Source: Lama glama (lineage: Eukaryota). From it: a stretch of DNA of 64,000 bases. The position numbers and the translations under genes were made by a program. The stretch lies in assembly GCA_028534125.1 (NCBI GenBank), contig CM052816.1, positions 50,098,001-50,162,000 of the forward strand, read 5' to 3'. Below, in pieces: positions 1 to 13,320 of the stretch (its first letter is position 1; each line of letters starts with the position of its first letter). Below the pieces are notes generated by a model that worked only from the letters and a program-made list of their open reading frames with translations, had not been told where the DNA came from and made no database searches.

Positions 1-1049
1 ATTCACAGATACTGGGGTCCCTCTTCTTGAGGAGACACAATGCAACCACTGCACGCCTGCATCTGTGGTCTGGGACTCGTACCTGCTACACACCTGAGTT
101 TCGTGTGGAAGAGGTGACACCACACAGGGTTAAGAGTGCTAGTGTGAGGAAGGCTGGTCCTGGTCCAATGTTAAAGTGACATGGGAACTTGAGTAAGGCC
201 AATTGGCCTCTAATGGTCTTGATTTCTTCATCTTCGTGGAGGCTGGGATATTGTCCTGATCCTTTCTAGCGCTGACATTTATTGACTCTTCTGGTCCAGG
301 CTGAGTAGATGAAGCCTTCCCCCACCCCTACAGTGTGGTTTAAGAGGAATCAGAGTCTGCTGGTCTGAGAACACTCTACTCCGAGGCCCCATGATGCTTT
401 CTTCCTTGCTGGCCTGCTCCTCTCTCATCATCTGGGTCACAAAGGTATTACAAGACAAATAGACAATCTATTGTCTCCTGAAGGCCACTGCAAGGATAAT
501 CTGGATTCTGGACAACAAACAATTATGTTGACAGCTTTGTTTTGTTGACAGATTCAGTTTTGAAATGCTAACACTACAGGGAGGTCTGCTTGGTGGGAGG
601 GTCAAGCTGCATGGTTGCCAAGGAAAACCAGGACTTGATTCAGGGGAGAACATGCCAAGGAGGCAACACAGGGCTTAGGCTCTGCGTGAATGTTTTGTTG
701 TAACTGCAAATCCAGCCTAGACGGAAGGCAATGACAGACAAGAGCCAAAAGCCAGGGATGAAGGCCAGCCCAGGCTCCCACTGGCCACCTCCAGAGAGAA
801 CGTGTGAGCTGCTGAAGGGGGCCAGACCCCAGCACCAGGAGGTAAGGGAGCTGTCCTCCCTCCGACAAGAAGACGGTCTCAGGGGCTCTCCCGCAGCCAA
901 AACTGCAGACGGTCTGCAGACGCAGAGGCCAGGCTGAACCTGGGCTGCTTCTCAGTGCCTAAAAGCCCTGTCAGTAAGACACAAGCCGCCACTGCGGAAG
1001 AATGAGGGTCTCAGAGCGGGGTCAGCGCTCTGTGCTCGGGAAGTGGACG

Positions 1050-1590
1050 TGCTGCCCGGATGCCACGTTTACCAGCTGTGTGACTTTGGACAAGTTATTA
1101 TCCTTTGTAAGACTCAGATGAAATGAAGGTTAGTATCTGACCACCCATCTATTGGTAGCCGTGAGAATTCAATGACATGATGTAGGTCAAGTGCTTCATG
1201 GAGAGCCTGGCACCAGAAAAGCACCCAGTAAGTGTTATTCACAATGTTACAGATGCAGAACCAAAGCTAAATGACACTAAAAACTGAATGGTACTAAGGC
1301 CACACAGCTAAGCAATGACACCTCTGAGGTAAGAATCCAGGGTTCCTGACTCCGTTCTTTCATAATACAACAGAGAAACTAAAAAGGAGAAGCTGGGAAT
1401 ACTTATTTAATTTATTTAACAAGTGGTTATCATGTTTGTCCTGGGCTAGGCACTGTTCTAGGCACTTTATAAATGCTAAGTCACTTAAGCTTCCTAGCAA
1501 CCACTGAGGCAGGCACTATCACTACCACTTTATAAATGAGGAAAATGAAGACAGAATAGGTAAGTGACACACCCAAGGTCACTCAGGGTC
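1050..1590. mobile_element. MIR fragments in both orientations
   Basis: accagctgtgtgactttggacaagtta (+) and tttataaatgaggaaaatgaag...cccaaggtcac (-). Confidence 0.65.
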
Positions 1591-2199
1591 AGCAGACACT
1601 GTGCTATGACTAGGGGTTCTAAAGAAAATAGATAAAATTTAAGTATTACTTTACTTAGACCAATTCTCTTAAAACTCATTAGTTAAAACATATTCTTCTT
1701 TCTAATAAGTCTTTTAATGTTCAAGATGTTGAACAGATGAGATGGCATGCATTCATCTAAAACCCCTAGTTATCCCTGACTAAAAGCAGCCTAAAACTTT
1801 AGCCTGTATAATGTAAACTGAAAGTCTATCTAGCCAGCAGCAGTTTCATAAATTGTAGACGGAATTCTATGAGATGGCAACTGTTTTCCATAAGGCAAGT
1901 CTTACAGAATCTACAGAAATCTAGCCTCCAAATTTCTAAAACTTCTTAGAAATTATTTAAAAATTAACAATGTCTTGAATGTCTCAAACAGAGCATAAGA
2001 ACATAAATTAATTTTTATCTGATGACTTTGGTCTTGCCTATGAATACCTGTACCTATCCTAAGCTACAATACAGTGAGATTTCAGGGTTGGAAGCCCCTA
2101 TACCCTCACATACCCTAATTAAAAAAAAAAAAGACTCTGATGACTCCAAAACAATGTACTTGGCCCAGGACAAAGCAAAGTAAGGGCATCAGCAAAGGG

Positions 2200-2790
2200 A
2201 TTGAATCTCATCAAGTTGAAAGTTTGATCAAAAGTTTGAGAACTTGGGAACAAGAGGGAGGTCAGCATACAGCACAAAAATAGTTCAGTTTTAGACATGC
2301 TATATTTAGAAATCCTTGTGAGGCATCCAAGTGGAGCTCTCAAGGAGGCCATTAGATCCAAGTTGTGAAGCTTACAAGTAGGGCCTGGGCTGGAAATACG
2401 AATGTTAGAGTTTCCAGCACAGTGTGGCAATCCTCAGATATGAATGAGATCCCTTACACAGGGAGTGTTGACTGAGGAGAAAGGAGTCCCTGAGACTCCT
2501 CTCATCAGAGGGCCTGAGACACTCCATCCAACATGAAGAGTTGAGTAAAAGAGAATTAAGTCAATGAAGAAGACTGAGAAAAAATGGCCACAGAGGTAGA
2601 AGGAATGCCAAGAGTGTGTGGAATGAAAACCCAAGATGGTCAACTGGGTCAAATGTTACTAAGAGACAGAGTAGGATGAGGGCTGAAAGAATCTACTGGA
2701 GGAGTACCATGGAAGTCACTGGTGAGTGTAGCAAGAGCAGTGTCAGCGGAGCAGTGGGATGGAAATTACATTACAGTAAGGTGAAGCATA
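2200..2790 (-). mobile_element. LINE-2 fragment
   Basis: agttcagttttagacatg...catccaagtggag; the minus frame gives ...MSKTEL, typical of the L2 ORF. Confidence 0.75.
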
Positions 2791-2849
2791 AAGGGGAGCC
2801 AGTTCTGGACCTGGCAAAGTGTCTTGTCCTGGATTAATGCTATGGCTGA

Positions 2850-3740
2850 GACTGTTAGAAGAACTGGATAAAATATACCCAACAACTGCTTGACACTGGA
2901 GAGCCAGCAATACAGGTGCTGTCATCCTTGAGAGAAGGAGGTACAGAAGATGAGCTCCACGTCCCCTTGGATTTTTCTTAAGCTAGTTTTCCACATTCAA
3001 GCATGGGAAATAGGGCCTAAGTAGAAAAAGGCTGTCTTGTAAGGGCAGGATACTGCAGAAGCAGATTTCTGGAGAGTGAGAGAAAAATCAGGAAAGGAGC
3101 CCCCAAAATGCTGTACCGAATCCCTACACATTGGTGGATGATGCCTAAGCTGCACATGGGTCAAGTGGAACTCTACAAACCCACAGGAGAGCAGCAGCTG
3201 GTAAGGCAAAAAGCTGATCACAGATTTCGGCAGCATGCAGTACTGAGCAAACAGAGGTTAGAGGTTAAGCCCTACAGAAGCTGTTGCTTATCCACAATAT
3301 CCAAACTGATGAGGCATGCTAATACGTAGGACATACTAGGTTTGCTATAAACTAAGAGGAGAGGGAAAAACAGAAGATGTGCAGATGATTCAGATATTAA
3401 AGAAAAGTTGATCAAATAGTAGAAAAAAATGAGCATTAAGCAAAAAAATGATAAATTAAGTCAAATGGACATTTTAGAATGGAAAAATACAATATTTTAG
3501 ATTAACAAATCACTGGGTAGGTTTTACAGCAGACTAGACACAGTATAAGATAGGATTGGTGAACTACAAGACAGGTGAATAAGAATATGCAAGAGAAGAA
3601 CATAGTAAAAATATAAAAGAAACAAAACAGAAAGTAAGAGACAGATAAAGCATGATCAAATATATAAATCTGTAAAATTGGAATACTGGAAGGAGAGGAG
3701 TGAGACACTGGGACAGAAGCAGTATTTAGAGAAAGACTGG
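2850..3740 (+). mobile_element. Old L1M 5' region/ORF1 fragment
   Basis: A-rich, with ORF1 coiled-coil-like nucleotides (acagcagactagacacag...ttggtgaactacaagacag) at 3480-3700. Confidence 0.55.
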
Positions 3741-3854
3741 TCTATTCTACAACATTTCTCTCTTGTTTCTGAAGCCATTATTATATCCTGAAGTGATGTT
3801 TCCTCAAAGTCTGGTCTCTGGTAGACATTCTCTTGTATTTTTGAACACCTGCCA

Positions 3855-4255
3855 TCTTAGTCATCTCGGGCTGCTATAATAAAATACCACAGCCTGGGTG
3901 GCTTAACCAGCAGACGTGTATTTCTTACAGTTCTGGAGGCTGGGAAGTCCAGGCTCAAGGTGCCTGCAGATCCGATCGAGTTCCCACTAAGGATTTTTTT
4001 CCTGGCTTGCAGATGTCTCCCTTCTTGCCACACCCTCACAAAGTGGAGAGAAAAAAAGCAAGTTTTGGTCTTTCTTCCTCTTCTTCTAAGGATGTCTTAA
4101 CCCATCATGGGGCCCCACCCTCATGACCTCATCTTAACCTAGTAATCTCCAAAAGGGCCCACCTCCAGATACCATCACATTGGGAGATGGGGCTATAACA
4201 TGCGAACTTTTTGTACAGGGTGTGGGAGGGGGACACAAACATTCACCCCACAACA
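3855..4255 (-). mobile_element. MaLR (MLT1-type) solo LTR
   Basis: tcttagtc...gggctgctataataaaataccacag.ctgggtggctta...cagttctggaggctgggaagtcca...ccctcatgacctcatc...cacaaca. Confidence 0.85.
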
Positions 4256-4410
4256 CCTTCTATGTGCTCTGGGTAAGCAGAGTTGAGCTTGAAGGACAGG
4301 TCTGTCTGATTCCAGGGTTTAATGACTGCTATTTCTCCTGCTCCATGCTGCATCACTCCTCACTTAATGGCGTTCGCTCCAAAACTAATATATTCTCTGT
4401 GTTCTATCCT

Positions 4411-4602
4411 AAGGGTAAGCAAACGAGAGCCTGGGGTCCAAATCTAGCCCTCCACTTGATTTTGTAAATCAGTTTTTACATTATCTATTGCTGCTTTGTC
4501 ACCACTACGGCAGAGCTGAGTATTGCAAAAGATACCATATGGCCAGCAAAATCAAAAGTATTTACTCTTTGCCCCTTTATAGAAAAATGTTTGCTGACCC
4601 AG
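4411..4602. mobile_element. hAT-Charlie MITE, MER58-like
   Basis: Imperfect terminal inverted repeats gggtaagcaaac / gtttgctgaccc; internal aaagtatttactctttgcccctttatagaaaa. Confidence 0.7.
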
Positions 4603-7159
4603 TCCTAGCTCATTGCAAAAAGGAATCTGACTATGGCAATGTCTGAAGCTCTCACTGCAATTAATTTCTTCATCAACTTGTAAAGTGCAGTTAAGTTGCC
4701 ACTCCTTCACGTAAAATAAGTGACAGTGCTGATGCTCTGGAAGGGAAGACAGTGGCTGGTGTTTGGAATCAGAAATAGTACAGCTTCAGCCATAATGACT
4801 GATGGGCATGATTAATTTTAGACCTGTAGAAAAGGGTCTCCTGCGATAGAATGGTTTAAGAACTGGGGTCACACCATGGAATTCCGTGTTCCTCAGAGTA
4901 AAACCCAAAGGTCTAGCTCCCGATTCTCTCTCTGATCTAGCTCCCAATTTTCCTCCCCCTTGCTCATTCTACTCTGCGAACACCGCCTCCTTGCTGTTTC
5001 TTACTGACTTCCAGGAACCTTCCAACTTAGAGCCGTTGCACTGACCACTCAGCTTAGAACAGTATTTCTTCTGATGTCATTTTAGCTAAAAACCTCATCT
5101 CCTTCAAGTTTTTGATCAAATACTACTTTTTGCATGAGACCTACTCAGACGTCACTGACAATGCATTCAGCTTGCTTGCCCTGACTCCACTTCCTATTAT
5201 TTTCCCCAAAGTTGTTGTCACCTTCTCTACTTTGTAATATATTCAGTTTTTACATTTATTTTTATTGTATGTCTACCCCCTAATTGAATCTAAGCTCTTA
5301 TGAGGGGGTAGGAATTATGATGTTTTGCTGTTGCTCACTGATGTTTCCAAAATATCTAGAAAAGTGACTGAAACCTAGCTCCTGCATATCATAATATTTA
5401 TACATTTCTTAAATAAATGCATGCAATTCACATTCTGTTTTAGTGTCACAGAAATATTTTAGGGCAATTTGGATCTATTATTTGGGGACCAGTCCATAAG
5501 TATGACTGAGAAAATCATCTTCCCTTCCCTACCTTGCCATGATTGGCCCACTCTTTCCTACCTAAAGAATAGCAAATAGAAGGCCCAGGGACTTCTGGTG
5601 AATGAGAATTCACAACTCAAGTCTACTTACTAAACAACTCATTAATTGAAATACTTTGCTTTTAATCCAAGTTAGCACCTAAAAATTAGACATTGATGTC
5701 CAGCAATTAGGGTTAACCTACTAGTGTGGAACAATAACTTTCAACACTATATTTACATATAAACTCAAGTTATGCTATAACAAATTCACTAGTTGGTATC
5801 CTCACTTGTATTAGAACTGGTTGTTCAGTCTAAATTAGAGTTTTTTTCCCTCCTCCTTCCAGGGTTATCATTATGTTTTTCATGCCTTATTTCCATAAGT
5901 ATAATAAGAATACATTAAGAGTATCCATATACAACTTCTTGGCATTAAACCAGGTCTGAACGCAGAAACTGGCACCACACATCAGAACAATCACCAATAG
6001 CAAAGTCTTTTCAAAGTTCTTTATGTGTTTCCCTTTCATTACACAAAGGATTAAATAACTCATAATCTTCTATGTTGTAATAACGTCACCCATTCCCAGA
6101 CTTTTAACTGAGGGAGAGAATTTGTTTCGTTCAAAAAGAAAAGAGAATGTGTAAGTGCTAGTAGATTATTTCATATTTATCCACTTTTCAGTTTGTAGAA
6201 AGGCAATCCCAGGATATTTACGCTGAAATATTCTGCCTAGAAATCAATGTAATAGAAGCCTAATTTTCTATAAAAAATATTTCTTATTGTTTTGAACCAT
6301 ATTCCAAATTTCCAAGTGTAGATCTATTGAATAAATTTCCACATCTATTTGATTTTATTATTTAAATATATCTCCAGGATGGGGAGGAGGGAATTTTTCT
6401 TATAATAAAAATCTTGTGTTGACTCTTAGAACAATTAAATTCTTGCAGATATTAACTTCATGGGTTCCCTTTTCTAGCATTCAGGTTTGAAACAATCTAT
6501 CTGGTTTACAGAAAAATAAGCAAGAATTGCTCAAAGCACTTTGTCAGCTTAGACTGTGGGTCTCTCAGGGTCTCTCCTGGGTCTCTGCCCTGGTTCTTCA
6601 ACCAACCAGATATGACATAACAGAGATAAGCCTAGGGAAAAAGCTGAAGAAACACTATTAAGTCCTTCTAAGTTTGCATTCATAGAATTTCCATTATCAC
6701 ACATAGTGTCCCAAGATGGCAGCACATTGACTTAGGTATTAACTTGGAGACAGAGAAAGGACACTATAATCTCCATGAATTGCCTTTATGTAAGATGCTC
6801 TCATCTGTAAAAGTCCATACAAAGTACTAGCAATCATTTGGAGCCATAAAAAATAATATACGTGCAATTGTTCAGTTCCTATCAAGATAGAGAAATACGG
6901 ACCAGATTTACTTTTCTGTTTTAAACAATCAAAAAAAAACCCACAACAACAACAGATAAGCTACATAAAACAGTAGTTTTCTGATATTGAACAACAGGCA
7001 GCACTAGACAGCAGTTACTGAGAGAGGAGAAACAAGTGAGGCAACTAAAAAAAAAAAAAAAGCCTTTCTATCTGAATCCCTGACAAATGGAAATAATTCA
7101 CAACCTCCAAGTAAGTATCTTCAATCATTCTACTTCCATTTTTCAAAATATATAAAAGT

Positions 7160-8350
7160 ATCCACTTATTCAACGAATAGGTATTGCCTGTGGTATGTAC
7201 AGTAATAATAAACACCGATAGCTAGCAAAGGAGACAAACAAGAAACTAGCAAACAACGAAATAAGTAATAAAATTTCACCTGATTTAGAGTCTGAAGTGA
7301 AAAAACAGTAAATGTTTCACAGGGACTGAGGAGAAAAGTATGTGCCTGTTTAGACGAGATAATAAGGAAAGTCACTTTTAAGAGGACATTTGAACACACA
7401 CCTGAAAAGGGCAGTGTGGAGAGCTAGAGAAAGAACATTCCGGAAGAGAGAAAACATGGCATATAAAGGCCATTTGAAAAATACAGATGAGCCAGAAAAC
7501 ATAGTGAAGGAAGGGAACCAGGTAGAAAATGAGTCTAGGACGGCAGGGAAGGGCCAGAGCATGGAGAGCCTCCAGGCCCATGGAAAAAGCTCATTATTTC
7601 ATTCTTAATGAATTCACTTAAAATCTTGCCAAGTTCTGGTCAGGTGAATGATATGACTAAATTACCATAAAAAAATAACCCACCCTGGCCTTTCGAAGCA
7701 CCGACAAGACGGCAGAAGTGGAACAAAAGAAGAAGCGAACTGCCCGGAAGTTCACCTACCGCGGCATGGACCTCGACCAGGTGAGCACGTGTCCTTGGAG
7801 CAGAGGATGCGGCAACCGCAGCGGCCGCGGCTAGACCACGCGCTGCGGAGGAAGCTGCCGTCGCCGCGGCGGAAGCTGCCGTCGCTGCTGAAGCGCCTGC
7901 GCGAGGCCTGGTCAGCGGCACCGCCCACGGAGAAGCACGTGGTGGTGAAACCGCGCCTGCGCGAGACGGTCATCTCCAGGAGACAGTGAGCAGCGTGGGG
8001 GGCGTCTACAATGGCCCTTCAACCAGGTGAAAATGAAGCCTGAGATGATGGGCCAGTACCAAGGCAAGTTCTCAATCACTTACAAGCCCGTGAAACACCC
8101 CAGCCTGCCATCGGGGCCTCACACTCCTCACGCTTCATCCCCCTCGAGTCGTCTGCTGGTCAATAAAGATGGACTTACCTTAAAAAAAAAAAAATTCACC
8201 CTGACTTCTGTGTGAAGAATGGATTGTATTGGGTTAAGAGAGGGTACACAGAGACCGAACAAAAGGCGGTTTTAGGAACAGGGCCAGCAATGATGGCGGA
8301 CCGGAGCCGCAGCTCTAGATGTGGGGAGAAGTAAGTGAATTCAAAATAGA
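7160..8350 (-). mobile_element. LINE-2 fragment interrupted by the RPS15 retrocopy
   Basis: L2 tail-like cacttattcaacgaatagg at 7164. L2 body continues on both sides of the retrocopy (caccctgacttctgtgtgaagaatggattg...tgatggcggac). Confidence 0.6.
7688..8194 (+). pseudogene. RPS15: Processed pseudogene of 40S ribosomal protein S15 (uS19)
   Basis: Intronless, with recognisable peptides [44 protein letters not shown] and SRFIPL. Start codon is ACG (7709-7711) and there are several frameshifts. AATAAA at 8162-8167, A13 tail at 8182-8194, degenerate TSD ending CACCCTG (7681-7687 / 8197-8203). Confidence 0.95.
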
Positions 8351-9984
8351 TGTTCACGTTTACACCAAAATACGTGCTACACTGCAGATACCGTTCTAAG
8401 TACTTTCTTGCAATGGCTCATTTAATAACATAACAACCGAATGAGGGAAGCACTATAAATATCCTCTTTTTCAAGATGCGGAAGCTAAAGCGTGTACACC
8501 TATGGTAAGTTTGTTTTTCATTACAAACAGAACTAGTCTTATGAACTGTTGCTCTCATAGGAAACCAAGTACCGGCCTTTAGGGTTCTAAAGCCCTCACA
8601 AGGATGTTAATGGGCTAGAAGTGGATTTTCCTGCCAATGCGCCGAGTTGCAGATAGGTGGCAGAGGAATTGAAAGCTGTTATTTTCATGGCACCGTGGCG
8701 TATTAGTACTGGAGAAATGCACACTGCACAGTTCTGGAGTCCTCTCTGCAACTCACAGTGGTGCATTCACAAACAGTTACTACTTCAACTATACTTTTTG
8801 AAATCTAAGTTTTTTTTCTACTCTTTACAAGCATTGTTATAAGTGATGCTACTATAGGATCCCAGGCTTCAGGTGGACAATTTCAGAAGCAAAGACCAGG
8901 AAGGAAATTACATAGATACAAATAGAGATAGATAATTTATATTATATGTAGATATTTATTATATATTGTATATTATTTATATGTTACACATTTATCATAT
9001 TTACTCTGGTATGTACATATGTAAACTACTGGTGATACACATCCCATTGTTTTAGGGAGACTTTTTTCCATTTGAAAAAAAATTAAGCAATCAAATTTTA
9101 AAAGATAATACCATGCCATTTGAAACTAAAATCCGATTTCGTATTCTTTTAAAAGATTCACCATTTCCACTGAGGTTTGTGTTGGCAACCCCAGAGAATT
9201 AATTCAGTAAAGAAGTTTAAATATTAATAGAACTGTGGGATACATCATTTTCTTTCTTTCTTGATTTAGAGCTTTCTTCTGCTTTTCATTCTGAGGACAT
9301 GAGGTGAATGTAGATGGGCCAAATAAAATTAGACATATTAGCATGTCATAATTAATGCCAAATGACAAAAAATAATTTTGCAGGCCAACTGGAAATGAGC
9401 TTTTTTGGACCTATATTAATTACCTGTAGTTTCAATTTTATTATGAACCACCAACTGCTGGAGCTGACTTCAACTCACTTCACTTGTGCTTTAAATAATT
9501 CGTGTTTAATAATGTATTATGCATTACACAGCTATTCCTGCGGAACCTGAGTTTCAATTACCTGTCAGTTCAAATTGCAGGCTTCAAGTAATTAGTTTCT
9601 GCCACGTAACCCATAATGGAACAGACCAAGTTAATAGAAAGTGGGAGAAAACTGTCAAGCCAGGAGTAAATTTCAAAATTAACCAATTTGTGTACCTTTT
9701 AATATATTTCTCTACAGGAATTAAAGAGTTGTCTGTTAACCTTTCTGAGTCTCCCTTATGTGTAATAAAAGAGATAATGAGGACAGTGTCTGCCTCGTAG
9801 GGATTATTCATTCACCTTTCCAGATAAAGTCATGTGGTCCAGTTGTCAGGATTTCATCAGTGATCTGCCTTAAAACACCTTTGTATCCAGTCACAAATTA
9901 TTTTTAAAAGCAGGGGCACCTAGTACATGGTATTATATTTAGAATAAAATCTGAAGTCTTCATATGACCTGTGAAGACTTCTCT

Positions 9985-10590
9985 CAGCGGTTCTCAAACT
10001 TGAAGTCATGTTAGCATCGCCCAGGGGACTTTAGATTAGGTCATATTCTGTGAGAGCTGGATAGGGGGAGGTGCTGGGGGTGGTATGGGGAGTTAGGGAG
10101 CCTCTGGAGAGGTGAAGGGTCTAGCCTGAGCATACTTCATAAGTTTGCCAGGCATGGCCAGGTTTGAGAACCACTGCCCTATATGATCATGTCCAGAGCT
10201 ACATTGCCCATGAACTAATAGAAATGCAAATTATCAGGCCCTACCCTAGATCCACTGAACAGGAAACTGGAAGCTGGGAGCCATAATCTGTGTTTTAATG
10301 AGGACTCTGGCAGATTTTGATGCCCACTAACATATGAGAACCAGTGCTCCAAGCTCTTGAGATTCAAAGTGTGTTTTACCTTCCAGCAACATCAGTGTCA
10401 CCTGGGAGCTTGTTAGACATGAGAACTCCAGACCTTCTGATGCAGAATCTGTATTTTTTGACAAAATCCCCAGGCGATTGGCAGGCATGTTCAGGTTTGA
10501 GAGGCATTACTCTAAGACAGTGGTTCCCCAGCCTCGGCTACAAATTGGAAGCATGTGGAGTTGCTGTAAAATATAGAGATGCCTGGTGAG
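9985..10590. mobile_element. Cluster of 3-4 MER5-like hAT MITEs
   Basis: Repeated cagcggttctcaaact / tttgagaaccactg termini at 9986, 10163, ~10340, ~10500 and 10518. Confidence 0.7.
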
Positions 10591-11609
10591 CTGAGCAGGC
10601 AGCTCCCGGTTCTCCCTGTTTGACACAGAGAGCTCTTCTTTCACGATCTGGAATAAGCTTTCACGGTAAGAACGGCTCTACTACTACTAGTGGCCACATC
10701 TACTGCCTTTTTCACTGGCACAGCCTCAGAGGGAATCACAAAACTAAATAAAATAATCTGACTCCTGCCTCTCTCTATGCTCAGCGTGACTTGGCATCCC
10801 TGAGTCCCAAGCTTGCCTCTGGTTCTTCTGGCATGTTTTGACGTTCCCATTGCTGCCAGGTCTGTTCCCTGCAGCCCTCACTGTGCTAGAGCCACTCAAC
10901 TTCCCCTGCTTTTCTCTAACTATGGGCACCTTTGGCCCCTAAAGCACAGCACTGCATAAGCCTTGGTTTCAGAGTCTCAAATAAAAATAGTTCCTTTGGC
11001 TTCTGCCTCAAAGGGTAGACATTGATTGGGTAGGTCCCTGTCTTCTCACTTCCTCACCAGGAAACAAAAGGGAAAGCCTTTGCCTTAGTTTTCAGCTAAA
11101 CCAAAACTCCCAAAGAAATGTATTCATAAAACATGATTCTTGAGAATCATCTCTTCATGGTGTATCAAACATCACCAGATCATAAACACCAGTGAGGTCA
11201 CGTAAGGAGCCACCGACATTCTGTGAGTCCCAGTGGGACCAAGTCTCAAGAAGCTCCTTTGATGGTTGATGAAGGTCCTGGAACCTGATCCTACATGTTC
11301 TGATTTCAGGCATTCCTGCTACCACACCTTATCTGGCTCTAGTGCCCAGGGTCTGACAATCCCTCCTCCCCTGAGTGCACCCTCTGCAGGGTCAGCTCAG
11401 GAGCTTTCTCTGGTGTTCAGGCTAAGCAAGGGCTCTCCCATCCACCTGGAGCACAGGTACACGGTTGCCAACTCCCAATGAACCGGGAGAGGTAAGGACA
11501 GAAAGTTTGGCCAAAACATCGTTGGACACCATGTCAGTACATTGTAAATCTACTTACAATATGGCAGAAGACATGACTTTGAAAAGAAATATTTGAGACA
11601 ATATATTCA

Positions 11610-11880
11610 AGAAGAAAATAAACTATGATTACTAAAGGGGAAAGGGTGGGGAGGGATAAATTAGGGGTTGGGGATTACAGATACACATTATTATATATAA
11701 AATAGATAAACAACAAGGACCTACTGTATAGAACAGGAAACTATATTCACTTTCTTATAATAACATATAATCTGAAAATAAAATATGTATGTATGTATGT
11801 ATATGTATAACTGAATCACGTTGGTGTACACCTGAAACTAACATTGTAAATCAACTACATTTCAATAATTTTTTTTTAAA
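11610..11880 (+). mobile_element. LINE-1 3' end fragment (artiodactyl-type)
   Basis: gggataaattagg...aacaaggacctactgtatag...gtacacctgaaactaacattgtaaatcaactac; also resembles the copies at 30.3 and 33.1 kb. Confidence 0.85.
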
Positions 11881-13184
11881 GAAGGTCCTTATTTACCACA
11901 GAATAAACTGCTTGTTGCTGGAGTACAAATCTTCCCTCCTACCCCATTTATTTTCATTCTGAACTCACAGGCTATTTCTAGTTGCCAACACAGCCTGCTT
12001 TACTATGCTTTACTTTACTTTACTTCCAAATCACTAATGGACAGCTGAAAATGTTTCAAGTTTCAGGAGCAACTACTGAAAACCAGAAGAGCTTTGTGCT
12101 ATTGTTGTAACAATGTAATGAAGTCAGAAATGAATCTAAGAAATTAAACAGAATAATTCCTGCTCAAAAATATTTGTTGAATAAATGAAAAGGAGAGTCA
12201 CAAAGGAATAAATCTGTGCTTCTTTGTTTGTAGCCTAAGTCTAAATAAGTTTCTAAGGGTTGAGAAAACTTAGAGCACATCATTTTCATATTTTTTCCTG
12301 CTACCTTTCCTTTGAAAGCAAAAAGTTGGTTATTTTACTTAATCTCTATTCACTTCAATAATTCACATAGTAACATACATAAATATTCTCAGGACACATG
12401 ATAAAAACATATCAGTGACTACTATGAATGCTGTATGTGCAAATTTCATGCAATGCTTTCTTGATCTCTGGGATCAAGTTAAATGTCTGCATTGAGATTT
12501 GTTCACCTGTTGCTGCAAAGCAACTTCTGTTTCTAAGGGCAAGTATTTACTTTGGTTAAATAGGCAAGAGTGAAAGTCACAATGGACTGACATCCAACAT
12601 GAAATGACGCTAACATTTCCTCCGTTTCTGAAGGCTTGGATAGACATAAATTGCAGCTATATTTTTCTAAACACTCACGTGATTTCGTAGAAATCCTAAT
12701 AGCCTGTCTAATACTCATCTGCTAAACCATTCAGCCACTAACGTAGAAGGCAGACAACAGTGGATGGCATATTTCTGGAGCAAAGAATGGTGAGAGACAG
12801 AGAGACAAATGGTTTCATATTTTTTTGCTTGTTTGTTTTCAGCTTCTGATGCTGCCAGTTAATAGAACTGCTCAATGAATATAACATAACAGGCTCTTGA
12901 TGGTACCTATGACAATGAGAAAAAGGGTTTCTGTCTTAATTTCAGTATGGGGTTATTGACATCATCCCACCCACCTTAGTTTCAACAGCTCCTCCTCTAT
13001 CTAAGGATTGACAACCAAATGTATTAATGAGCCCCAGAGTGAGGCTTTCTGGGAGTACATCCTAGCTTATGCACTAAGAGACCTGGGGCAGTCAGTGTAC
13101 TCTCCCTTATCCCTGCCTCTGTATCTCCATCAGTAAACAGGGATGACAGTAAAATCAATGTGAATATTAAGAGAGGTGATTTAG

Positions 13185-13320
13185 TCACTCATTCAGCAAA
13201 TATTTATTGAGTGTCTGCTGCGTGCCAGGCACTATCGCAGGTGTTAGGAACACGGTGATGATCAAGACAGAGGCGTCCCTGTGCTCACTGAGCTTACGTT
13301 CTCATGAAAGAAAACAGATG
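13185..13320 (-). mobile_element. LINE-2 3' tail, following a MIR-like fragment
   Basis: cattcagcaaatatttattgagtgtctgctgcgtgccaggcact. Confidence 0.75.

Noticed and set aside
7640..8215. Ala/Arg-rich ORFs (7640-7921, 7752-7973, 7789-7989, 8027-8215) as functional proteins
   Set aside because: They are frames and antisense frames of the frameshifted RPS15 retrocopy, and several begin at non-ATG codons.
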